Of a stretch of DNA of 36,500 bases, positions 1-14,906 are shown piece by piece. How positions within the stretch are numbered: the first letter of the stretch is position 1; each line of letters opens with the position of its first letter. The stretch is from Choristocarpus tenellus KU-1152 (Eukaryota; Protista; Phaeophyceae): the NCBI GenBank assembly GCA_964200185.2, contig CAXNAD020000045.1:1-36500 (forward strand), in the 5' to 3' direction. The position numbers were made by a program, and so were the translations under genes. A model generated the notes under the pieces. The model did not search any database. It saw only the letters and a list, made by a program, of their open reading frames with translations, and was not told the DNA's origin.

Positions 1-282
1 ACTCGGTACCACGGTATAACGGTATATGGCATACGAGCAATATGGTATAATAACAGACAAACATGCTTTCCACACATACAAAGGTGAAAAGATTAGATAT
101 GTTACACCAATGATACGTTTTGGATGTGTAGATTTATGGAAATACGATGATATTCGATACCAGTATGTAGTTTATGATGGTTTATCGATATACTTTTACT
201 TTGTGAAGGAGGACGTTCATGCAGCATAGATAGACCCACAATAGGTCACAACTTTGTCGTGTGAAAGGTGTCTCCAAGCCCC

Positions 283-3200
283 ATGTATTCCAGGTATGTT
301 GATGAGAAATGAACGATTGAACAATCGAAGATATGTTGAAACCTACAGGTACCCTTCGCTCGAAATTTTTCGGTCAACAGGTCAACAAGAACGGTGGCAT
401 TGGTTTGTGCCCTTCTTCCAGTGGTGTTGGATCCTGCTCAGGCGTTAGTCACAAGCCCCTACAAAATCGTAGGTTCATCACCATCCACTTTGCTTGAAGG
501 CAAGGGTAATTTTCGAACGCTGCATGCTTAGTTATCCTGATCGATTGACTGGGACATGATTTGAATTTTTCTTGGTTATTTGTGATGGCTGGCTGGAGTC
601 TCTTTTGTTATAATGGCTTGCACATCATTGAGAAGGCGATGGGTGTGTTTTTGTGTCCCTCGATGTCCCTGGTTGCCCCAGGATCCAGTTTGCGGTCGAC
701 TCCAATGACAAGGAGGAGGCATGGGGTGGTGTTGTCTGCTGTTACTGCTCCATCGCAGGAGACCACGTCTCTAGCAGATGCTGCCAGTGATAGCAGGGCC
801 ATTATTCTGTCCACCACAGAACGGGCCAGGTATCAATCTCGGGATCTTGGAATCTTTTTACGTCTCTCAGACACTGCTGTGTTGTAGGTGGTTGGTGTCG
901 TTAAAATGTGGTGGGCTCAGGCACATCTCATAGAATGGCGCCATATATGTGCCCAAATGATGTAGGCAGGGCGAAGAAACACGTCCATGTCCATACTACT
1001 GATGAAGCCTTCACTTCTTATAACGTGTGTGCCACAGTGAGCGATCGTCATAGGATCCAGGATGCACTGGTTAGAATTTGTGTGCATGCTGTCTCTTCCT
1101 AGCCTAGTTAGAAACACTCGCATGCAAACCTCTTTGTATATATTCTTATGCTGTTATAACGAGGTGAATCTTACAGGATGTGATGCCCAAGTTTGTTTCC
1201 CGTACCCTTGTTCACGTTTTTCCGAGAACAGGACTGTGACCTACGTTGCAAAGTCTGGCACATTGTGCACATTTGCAAAGAGTGACGATACGGAGCTTGA
1301 TGGATCTCCTTTTGGTAGTCATGTGGACTATGTGCTCGATCAGCAGGTGGGAAACTCGACCGGGCCGCGTGAGACATCACACCCTACATTGAACTAGTTG
1401 CTACTTGAATTGTTGTACAAGTAGAAAGCCCGCTGTTCAGCAGAGAACGCTAATGAACAATCAAAAGGAGGGCAGGAAATAGTTGTGGCCAGCTAGGCTG
1501 TTTTTACAGGGAAGCAGAGCCTTTTGTATCATGTTATGACCAAGTAGAGATTTTTTGTTGTCCTCCCTTTTTTGTGATATTTCCGGTCACAGGGCTGGCC
1601 AACATTCCTGTTGGCCGAAGCATCTCTCCACACTGAAAACATTAAGGCCAACAACCGAGTATCGCTTCTTTGCCAAACACCTCGAGAAGACAATGGCCAG
1701 CAGGTGACATGATGTGGGTTTGAGGGTGAAGGCCTTACATGTTCTTATCATTGAATCCATATGATGAAGGGTTGTGATTGATTATAGTAGTTCTGCAAGC
1801 TGAGGTCAGTTCGAAGTATTTAGTTGCACCATTAGTGCATCTTTTGCTACTTGATGCCAGAAGGTATTCTGAGAGATAGTTCTTTTGATAGTTGGCTTTA
1901 AACACCGGCATTTGCTGTATGCTGTTTCTGTCTAGATCCTTCACCTTTTGGAAGCACTATGATTGCTTTTGCTTGCATCCATACTGATACCTCGTGCATG
2001 TTCTAAAATTTCTTAATGCTTTCATTTGCTTGCTCTGAGGCAGCAAGCAGCTCTTGCACGGGTGACACTGGTGGGCACAATTGTGGATGTGGAGGATTAT
2101 GACGAGCTGATACAGCTAAAGTAAGTGTGGCTTTAAGGTGGGGTAATTTGCCTTCATTTTTGAAATACTTCACAAACATCAGCCACTCATTCTTTCTGAG
2201 TCATCTCATGTCACAGCCTCCTCTACTTGATCCAGGGCTTCTTTCTCACTGGTGCACACATACGCTGACCAGCTCACACAGTCGCCAAGATTCAAGTTTT
2301 ACAAGGTGATCTTACAATTGTACTGTTGTGCTGTAGTAGATAGTGTCTATATTGCAATATTGCAGTTGCGTTGAATACTAGGTGTGGCACAGTGCCCCCC
2401 CAAAAAACTGCATTTTTTATCTCTCATGATGTGAAGCGTTATGTACACAAAATGGCCCCTTGATAGTGATCCACAGCTAAACATTTGATATTTGGTGTTG
2501 TGTCTATTGCTCTGTGTCAACCCCTCATCATTGATGGTCTGCCAGCTGAAGCCGCACAAAGTCTACTATGTAGGTGGATTTGGAGTCCTCTCAAAGTGGC
2601 TACCAGTTAGCGAGTACGAGGTAAGATGAACATATTTGAGATATGCCAACAATTTTTGAAATACACCACGACAAGTTTACAGTTACATTTTGAGGCTGCA
2701 GTGGCATAAATAATGTATTGGGCTACAAAAAGTATATATAAAGTTGATTGATTGATTGGATCAGGCATTGGTGGTGGTGGCGGGTCTTGGAACAATTGGA
2801 AGGTTACACGATCAGAATAGTCAATATTCTACTGTCTTGCAACTGATGAGAGTTTCAGGGCAAGCTTGATCTTTAGCGGAACACACCCATTACATTAATG
2901 TGATATAAAGGAAGCAAGCAGCTCAAAAACTGAAATTGAAAATGATGTGAGAAGCAATCTACACTCTCTTGTCGTGTGTGTACCTCTCTCCAGACTGCTA
3001 CACCAGACATCCTTGCAGATGAAGCTTCTTCAATTGTGTCGAAGATCAACAAAACTCAGTGAGTGGTTTTACCAAGCACTTTGAAGTTGAGGTGGCCTGC
3101 TAATTGTTTGAGCAGGAGTAAGTGCAGTATCTTTTTGTAGAGTATGTGACTGCGGCAGTGATGTTGATTTAGTTTGTACATTTTTTACAGGGGAAAAGGA

Positions 3201-4611
3201 CAAGCAGAAATGCAAGTATAGTATCATCTTTCCCCCCTCATTTTCACCTGCTCCCCAGGCAAGAGGATTTGATGAATGTTTGCAAGCATTTTCTCCAGAG
3301 AGCAATGCCGGAAACTGTCACTGTCACCACTGTGGATCGCTTGGGATTGGATCTGCGTGTAAAAGCACGGCAGCTTACTGATGAGTTCAGGATCGGTTTT
3401 CGTCAGCAGGTATGCATTTATTTCTGGGAAATGTGTGTGACTATTTGATTCATCAATAGTACAACCTTCTATGCTACATCATGCAAACCGGGTCATACTG
3501 ACATAAACAAAATATCAGTTCAAGTAGTGATTTGTATTGACCTTGAGATCAGTAGCACCATTTTTTTTTTTGTTATTTACTTAACATAGTAGCAAAAAAT
3601 GAGCAGTTGGATGATGTGGAGAGAATTGTGCTCAATTGCTTTTAATAAAAGTTGATTCAATCAGGCCCCCTACCTGGTTAGGGACTCATTTCTGTCCTCT
3701 CTCTACAATGCCAGAAGAACATCTTAAATAGTTAATATCTGAGATGGATACATACAAAAATGTTGGGCATGTTTTGCTCAAGAAAGGTTCACCATCATAG
3801 TCCACCATAAATGGGAAGATATACCTAGCACATGGATCCTCAATTTCTCAAGAGCCAAAGACCATACAGACATCATAGTGGTGCAAAGGGATGGAAAGAG
3901 ATATGTAGTAAGAAGTGCAACTTTGTTATTAAACAGACAGGTCCTCCATTCTTTATTATTTGTAAGCTTCAAAATTGAAAATAGGACTGTACTCTTGGAT
4001 TTATTCTCTCCACAAATACTCCACTTTTCATTTAGAGCACCATATAGAAGCCAGAATATTGACAAGTTTTAGATACTCTGCTCTGTATCTCTGGAAAGGA
4101 AACAAAATTATTCCTTGAAATACCGACGTGGATTGGTAGACATAACTCACAGTTAAATTAATAGAAGAAAAAGATGCAACAAGTATATATGGACATAATC
4201 CACTATTGGTATTTTGGAAGTGGGTGTTATGAGCCATAACATAGTGTTTGTTATGTGTATACCACTATGCAAATATGTAATGTGTTTTGTGTTATGAATG
4301 GTTTTGGAGGCTCGATATAAAAATATTCACAACATGAGGACTCAACACTCTGGCACTACCATCTCAGAGCACATGCTGATATATTCAACAATTGAAATAT
4401 TGAGATACAATCAAGTCTGCCCAATGTAAGTTTTGCTGTTGGTTACACTCAATGAAATGTTTTTCTGGTTGCACAGGTTTCATCTGTGGAGGATGCAAAG
4501 AGTGAGATTGTCAAGATTTTTCAAGAAGCATGGGAGAAGGAAAATGGGTATGAATGGGAGGACCAGGGCCCCCCTACACAGCGCTATGCAGAGGACATTC
4601 TCCGGCGTTGA
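283..4611 (+). CDS. Plastid-targeted glutamyl-tRNA reductase-binding protein (GBP/PGR7)/HugZ-like split-barrel + DUF2470 protein, 11 exons
   Basis: Phase-consistent exons: 283-293, 381-499 (or -505), 682-829, 1232-1346, 1593-1703, 2044-2120, 2236-2305, 2546-2620, 2994-3058, 3259-3409, 4477-4611. The N-terminus MYSRSTRTVALVCALLPVVLDPAQA-LVT is a signal peptide followed by a Ser/Thr/Arg-rich transit region. Motifs: ERARTV..SGTLCT, SPFGSHVDYVLD..GWPTFLL, HTENIKANNRVSL, ARVTLVG, YYVGGFG, VDRLGLDLRV, EFRIGF, EDAKSEIVKIFQEAWEKENGY (resembles the plant GBP C-terminus). Confidence 0.8.
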
Positions 4612-4649
4612 TCTTTTCTTAGCTGTGATCTAATTTTTAATTAATCCAC

Positions 4650-8811
<4,162 letters not shown>

Positions 8812-9010
8812 GGTTGGTTAGTTCGTCTGTGTTTGTGATGAACAAGTGTGACACTTCTCGTTTTCAAATATGCTAAGGGTTAGGGAATTTCATGGACGAC
8901 GCTTCGACACTCTTAACAACAGTGTGAGAACTTTGTTTACAAATTGCGGTTGGGAACGCTACGAGACCCCTCTCTCAACATTTGACTGCACATCACGCTA
9001 AAACGGAAAT
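8812..9010. promoter_or_regulatory. Short bidirectional promoter/5' UTR region between serS and Sec61 gamma
   Basis: Only 199 bp separate the two divergent ATGs. The region is CpG-rich compared with the surrounding introns. Confidence 0.6.
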
Positions 9011-9594
9011 ATGTCAGACGTTAATGAGCTGCTGATCATTCCCCTGCAAAAGTTCTCGAAGGATTCGATGCACCTCATCCAGAAGTGCACGAAGCCTGAT
9101 CGAAAAGGTGTGCCCTTCCCTTCTTCCTTGTAGGTGGTCGTGGACGCTCTATTCGGTTCGTTATTGGTATATTTCTCTTGTTTTCTTTGAGTCCAGTGAT
9201 ATAATATCTGTGTCCAGCGTTGGAGTTGCTTCTGTACAGTACCCTGTAAGTTTGGGATTAAGGACATTCCCCAACTAGGGATGTGGGCAATACACATTTT
9301 TACCAGAGTATTTTGGACCTCTCCATCAGAGGGAAATGACTCTGTCGATGATGCTAGTATCTTTTCGTTCAATCTCCTTCCCAGAATGGTCGAGATAACT
9401 TTTTGTGCAGAAAAAAATCATATGTCATTGTCCACAACCACTTGTTCAACACCCTTGCTTCCCCTCCGCACCTCTCCTCAGAATTTATGAAGGTGGCCCA
9501 GGCAACAACTGTCGGCTTTCTCGTGATGGGATTCATTGGATTCTTCGTAAAGCTCGTCCACATCCCCATCAACAATATCATTATGGGTGGATAA
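9011..9594 (+). CDS. SEC61G: Protein transport protein Sec61 subunit gamma, 2 exons, 69 aa
   Basis: Exons 9011-9107 and 9482-9594 give [78 protein letters not shown] and [17 protein letters not shown] are the family signature. Confidence 0.97.
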
Positions 9595-9760
9595 AATGCA
9601 ACGAAGTGAGGAATCCTGGGGTCGTCATTATTGGTGGAAGCTGCAGTTGTGGACAAACCGATGAGGCATTCGCAGTCGTAACATAATTTGGAAGCAAGCA
9701 TATCTGACGTGTGGGGAGGTCATGGTTTATTTTTCCATTTTTACAGCCCTCTAGGTTCCA

Positions 9761-10407
9761 TCATAATCGATAAATAGCAACCCTATTCGGCAAATTCCTC
9801 CAATGCTGTACCCCACCCTCGAGCTTCCTGCTGTGCTCCATGGTGTCATCATCTGTATCTGAGTCTAATTCCGACCTCCATGAAGTGTAATATCTTTGCC
9901 CAGTGCACAGTGCAAGTAGTGCCTCAGAAGGGTGAAAGGACACTCCTGCCACAACATCTGGCTGGTCACCTAGTTTTCCCACTAGTTCAGTTGATTCTAC
10001 ATCATAGACTAATGCTTGTTTGTCCATGGATCCTGTGACTAAAAAGCGCCCAGTGGGGTCCAGATCAAAATATAGTCGTTGATTTGTGTCTGCGTCCCGT
10101 TCGTATGTGTGCAACACCTGAAAGTTTTGGTGCAAGTATTACAAATGCACGCGAGGTTTTAACAGTGGAATGGGTGCACGAATTGCTTATCAATAGGTCA
10201 AGGGTATTAGAGAACTGATTTTTTCTGGAGTGATTGTCAATAGGGTAGTGTTAGGATCTCACCTCTCTCGTCTGGCGTACATCCCAACATGTGATTGATG
10301 GATCCTTCCTGGCACCACAATAAAGGAAGTAGCCATCTGGTGAGAACTTGAGATGAGTTATCCCTCCCATGGATGGTGTACTCAGCTCTGCCACAGCCCT
10401 CCCACGA
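9761..10407 (-). CDS. WRAP53: Telomerase Cajal body protein WRAP53/TCAB1 (WD40); only the last two exons are found (5'-partial)
   Basis: Exons 10407-10263 (phase-2 start) and 10117-9761. [49 protein letters not shown] and VSFHP....LALCTGQR match the WRAP53 C-terminal WD repeats. The N-terminal WD repeats were not found upstream. Confidence 0.85.
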
Positions 10408-12284
10408 CTGAGGAAGAATGCAAAAACATGTTTTATCACTGTCAGTAGATAAATGGGTAAAGAGAGAAGACCTTTTCAGCTGCACTATCTCCAACACCAA
10501 GTACAATTCTTCTGGAGCCCCAAATGATCCAACACAATCCTTGCCACTCTCATCCCACACAGAAGTTTCAATTTTATAGTGACTCCATAGACTAAATGAG
10601 TGCATTGGCATGAATGCCGGACACATGTGGTGGGAAGCTAACTGGTTGTAACTCCAACATGCATGCAAAATATAAAATACAGGTAGGTCAAGCAGAAAAT
10701 GACTCATGCCCACTCACTTGGTTCCCCTCTGATGTGTTTCTGTTGGTCTCTTTTATTGAGTTTATTTTTTTCATCTTTGTTGGTATGTGATGAGTGGTAT
10801 TCAGATGGATGGGTTAGGTGTGATTCAACTTTTTTTTTTTCTTCGAGTGCTGCTGACAATCATAAACATTCTGCTCAAGTTATTGGGTGCTAGTGAGTTG
10901 TGTCTGGGTCTTGACTGACCCCCCTGTTTTCTGTATAATTGTGTATTTCTGCAAGTATTGTGTTACTTCTTCTCATCTGGGTAGGCTACCTTTGGACCAC
11001 AGGTTTGGGACCTCTCAGACTAATGTGAATGTTCATATTATGCTCTCTCCAATATCAACATTTCATACAATATGGGGAAGATTTACACCTCAAGAAATGG
11101 AACAATTGGCACGACAGTTTTCATCCCAGAATGATAACTTTAGTTCACTCAAGTGGTCATGTAACATCCATTTTCCAGTCCAACGGTCACATGTTTTTTA
11201 TCAAGTGGACATCCTGTCTGTCACACTAAAACATTTAGTCATGTTGTCCAAACATTCTGCTTTCCAATATGTGGGAAGGTGGCATGAAGACACCCACATC
11301 ATGAGGTGGAATCATTTGAACTATTTCTCAGTATGCCCTGATGAATTGGTTGCAGTGCTAAGAGATCTCTACTGAAATACATCAAAAGAAGGCAACAGTC
11401 ATCTCTTCCAATACAAAACGTTCTTTACCCTGTGTTGTACAATCCTTTGGTCATGAAAGAGTGGAACATTACAAGAGGTTACACAGAGGGTTTCTATGCC
11501 AATACAGAGGCATGAACCTGGGATTCTCATGAGGTTTGAGGGGTTATTGAGGTGGAAGAAATATGGTAATATGGGACTCATGCAGTGAGGCAGGCAACAC
11601 TCCACATGATGGACAGGTGGAAGGATAATGAATTTGACTATTATATTGCTTATCCTTCCACCTTCTCCCCCACATGTGCTGAATCCACCTTGGTGTCACT
11701 CTACAGTGAAGCCCCCGACACCTCGTTGTGCTTCAAGCATATTTGTCGTATAGCAATAGAGAGGACAGTACAGGTGTACAATTCAGGTGTACAATTCTTA
11801 CCTCAAATTATACAGATGTAGGGCATACAGTTAACATCTGACATCTCTTAAGTTACTAATAGGAAACACTTTTCGAGGAAAATCAAGGCTAATTAAAGCC
11901 AATTGATTATTTATCCCCCATCAAGCAAAAGATGACACATCACACTCTGGGTTCAAATCTCAGATCTCTCAATCACCTGTTCACAGAGGTATTTGAAATG
12001 TCTAACAGATTATTAATGGCATTCTAAAAATGGTGAAGGAGGGGATAGATGTATTATCATTAAACATTCTTCCCTTTCATAAGGAAATTTATTACGGAGG
12101 GTCAGGGTCATTCTCTTGAGGTCTTTTGATACCTTGGTACTATCACTACTGCTATTCATGAAGAAGAGTGAAACTGCACAACACTAAAGGCGCGCATCAT
12201 CACACCTGGAAATGGCTTCTGAACAAATACACGCTTCGACTAGACTATTTGATAATACACAAAAGTACTGCATAATGTAAAGAT

Positions 12285-14032
12285 CTACCTCCATTCGGAA
12301 TTAAATGTAACATATCTTTTGCAGCCCCCATGAAGAAGCAATATTTCGTTTCACATGTTCATATTTTATGGTTGTACTGTGCAGACAGTAAAAGGTTGCC
12401 CACCAAAACCTCAACCAAAATGGGGCAGCCTATACTTATATATGATTCTGCACCCGAAGCCCTCCAAAAACTCCGTTCCAGCAGAGTATTTCACCGCATC
12501 CACCAGGCCATCTGGAGGGAGCTTGTTTGCCTTCTTGGCCTTTTTGTTCCTAAAATGAGGAATTTAAAACATGTTATTACCCTTCAACCACAGCAATTTA
12601 CTGTAGACTGTGGAGAGGCTCTGCCAGACACACTCTAGTGTCTCCCAGGGGTACACATCAAATGCCTCCATTGTGGTCTCCACCAGCTCCTCCCTCTGTA
12701 TTGGTCACCCTAACGTCTTCCTCCAGTTGCTGGATGGAATGAAATAATCCCAGATCCTTGATGATGAGGTCAGGTGAGTTGACTGGCTGGGTTGGGTCTC
12801 TATGACAATGTTTTCCCCCACCAACCCCTTAATTGCCTCCATGATCCCCTCCCCTTGGTGTGTGGCTTTGCCCTGTCCTGCTGCATAAAGATGGTGTGTC
12901 CTTCTGTCCTAGGCATACAAGCCTTGATTGTTGGTATGACATCCTCAATCATGATCTTCTTACACCTCTCTCTGTCCCTGTCCACCATTGCTGTCACAAG
13001 CACCTTGGTGCCCTTCGGGCAGTGTTTGGTGGAGCGCTGAGTCACCTTAGCATCCACAAATGGCCGGATCCCAATTTTCTCACCAAACCACACCCCATTG
13101 GAGAGCTTTTTAGGGCAGGCCACAGCTGTAAGATACATCACCTTTGTAATGTAAGAAGCTTATTCTGCGCCCGTGGGGTTTTGGGGGAGTGGTCAGTGAG
13201 GATGTAAAACCACTTACCATCCACATGCACCCACATAGATCAACCACTAATACCTCCACTTCCTCTCCCCCACCTGTGCATATGACTAATGACAAAACCC
13301 ACCCTGTTGACATTTTGCTGGTCTGAGAGGACTGACTCAATCCACCGCTTGACCTTCTTCACCTTCTTGCAGTTGCACATATCCCACAACAAGGCAAGGG
13401 AGATCCCAGCTTTGTCAACCAGTTTGCGAAAGGATGTGATGGGACATCCCAAACATCAAAGATACCTATACAGCAACCACATCACCCCTTGAAACGTCGT
13501 ACAAGGTCCATGCATCCACCCCCAGCAATCTGGCTGTCATACTCCTTCAGAAGACGGAACATGGTGATGATTTGGGGAATTGCGAAGTCCTCCTTGATGA
13601 TCGCCTCCATCCCCCGAGGCATCAAAGTCATCATTGTCTTGCACCCTCTCGCCTCCAGGCATTGCGCCACAACGCTATTCTTCATTAGGGTATGGACCCT
13701 GGAGAGACTTCTGGATCAAAGAATTGGGACTGACAGGCGACAATGGGATGAGCAAGCTGCTCAAATCACGGGGGGTCTTCATCTTAGGCATCCCAATAAA
13801 TACCCACTTTGACAGTTTCACAAGGTTTTTGAACCCCGTCATACGCGATTTGGTCAACTTTGCACTGGTGATCCTCCACACTCATGACAGTCCACCATCT
13901 CACATTTTGCACACCTCCCAATCTATATATGAGAATTAAGTTTTGTCCAGAAGGTTTATATCACGTGGGCCGTTCCCAGGTGAGAATGGAGCTTGCAAAA
14001 TTTATATTTTATTTAATTCTGAACAGAGGAAG
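12285..14032 (-). mobile_element. Decayed Tc1/mariner DNA transposon (plant-type DD39D/Soymar-like) with frameshifted transposase
   Basis: 22-bp TIRs: ctacctccattcggaattaaat (12285-12306) vs the reverse complement of 14011-14032, cttcctctgttcagaattaaat (18/22 identical, CTCCCTCCGT-like). Minus-strand transposase fragments WVHVDGKWFY, KVMYLTAVACP, KIGIRPFV, MQQDRAKPH, QPVNSPDLIIKDLGLFHSIQ and KGNNMF*IPH, broken by frameshifts and stops. The TA TSD is not preserved. Confidence 0.9.
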
Positions 14033-14592
14033 TCATAAAAACCAAAATTCTATTTGAACACTAAAGCCAACTCTATATGATCTATGCCAACCCAGTCGAT
14101 GTGACCATGTCAAGACATCTCAAGGCTACATTCACTAATAATATATATAATAAGTGGTTCGACAAACCTTCATAGTCAGAAACCAACCAATCACTGAAAG
14201 TGAAACTGAGTAGGGCCCTGTAAAATTTGATGATTGAGCTAAATGTACATGTGTAGCTGTGGTATATGTGTGTAACTTTGACACTAAAAGTGACCAACAG
14301 GGAATTTTCCAAATTACTATGAAGTCATCACAGGCCAGGGTCCTTCAAGACAGAATGAATACAACAATTAGTAGTAATAAATCATATTCTGGGTCAACCA
14401 GCCCCTCAATAATGTTTCAAATATCCATGTTGGACACAGGTATGAGGGAAGAGGGGGGGTCTGATGAGAAAGTCACAAATATGCACCTCTTCACATCTAG
14501 CGATATATTAAATTATCACTCACTACCATATGATGTGTTCTGACCCTTGTGACAATAGTAACACAAATCTTGAAAAACATTCACAAAATAGG

Positions 14593-14710
14593 AGGGCCTT
14601 ACACCAGTCTGTGTATCTGTGATGGGGTCAGACAGCAGGCTGAATTATTTCAAACAGGGCCAGTCCAGGGCCTTAGAAAATGTAACAGGGTCAGGCTAAA
14701 GACCAGCCCA
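14593..14710. mobile_element. Fragment of the same MITE family as 23879-24887
   Basis: Starts with agggccttacac, a TIR-like sequence matching the ends of the 23.9-24.9 kb element. Contains gggccttagaaaatgt, similar to gggccttcagaaaatgt at 24826. Confidence 0.5.
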
Positions 14711-14906
14711 CAGTTGGACCAAGTGGAGCAGTCATTTTAACTCCCTTCCCTGTGAGAAGTCATGCAAAATATAGCTTACTCAATATTCAATTTTTATACA
14801 CATTGATCACCAACCTCAATCAAGATCTTCCGCTAAACAATCATCACACAGTAGACAAACTTTACAACATAAAACCCCATCATGCAAGACAGGAAGTCAT
14901 CTCCCC

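Noticed and set aside
26-229. 67-aa ORF at the window start
   Set aside because: Tyr-rich, low-complexity and without motifs; it lies in the upstream region of the GBP-like gene.
561-887. ORF-track start for the first gene (MNFSWLF...)
   Set aside because: Its 5' part is intron. The spliced model from ATG 283 gives a proper signal peptide.
11802-11837. Minus-strand pseudo-exon with AG acceptor and GTAAG donor
   Set aside because: It has stop codons in all three frames, so it cannot be an internal exon. It cannot be excluded as a short terminal exon.
11947-11963. tRNA T-arm-like hairpin CTGGG-TTCAAAT-CTCAG
   Set aside because: No A box, D arm, anticodon arm or acceptor stem is recognisable; at most a SINE relic.
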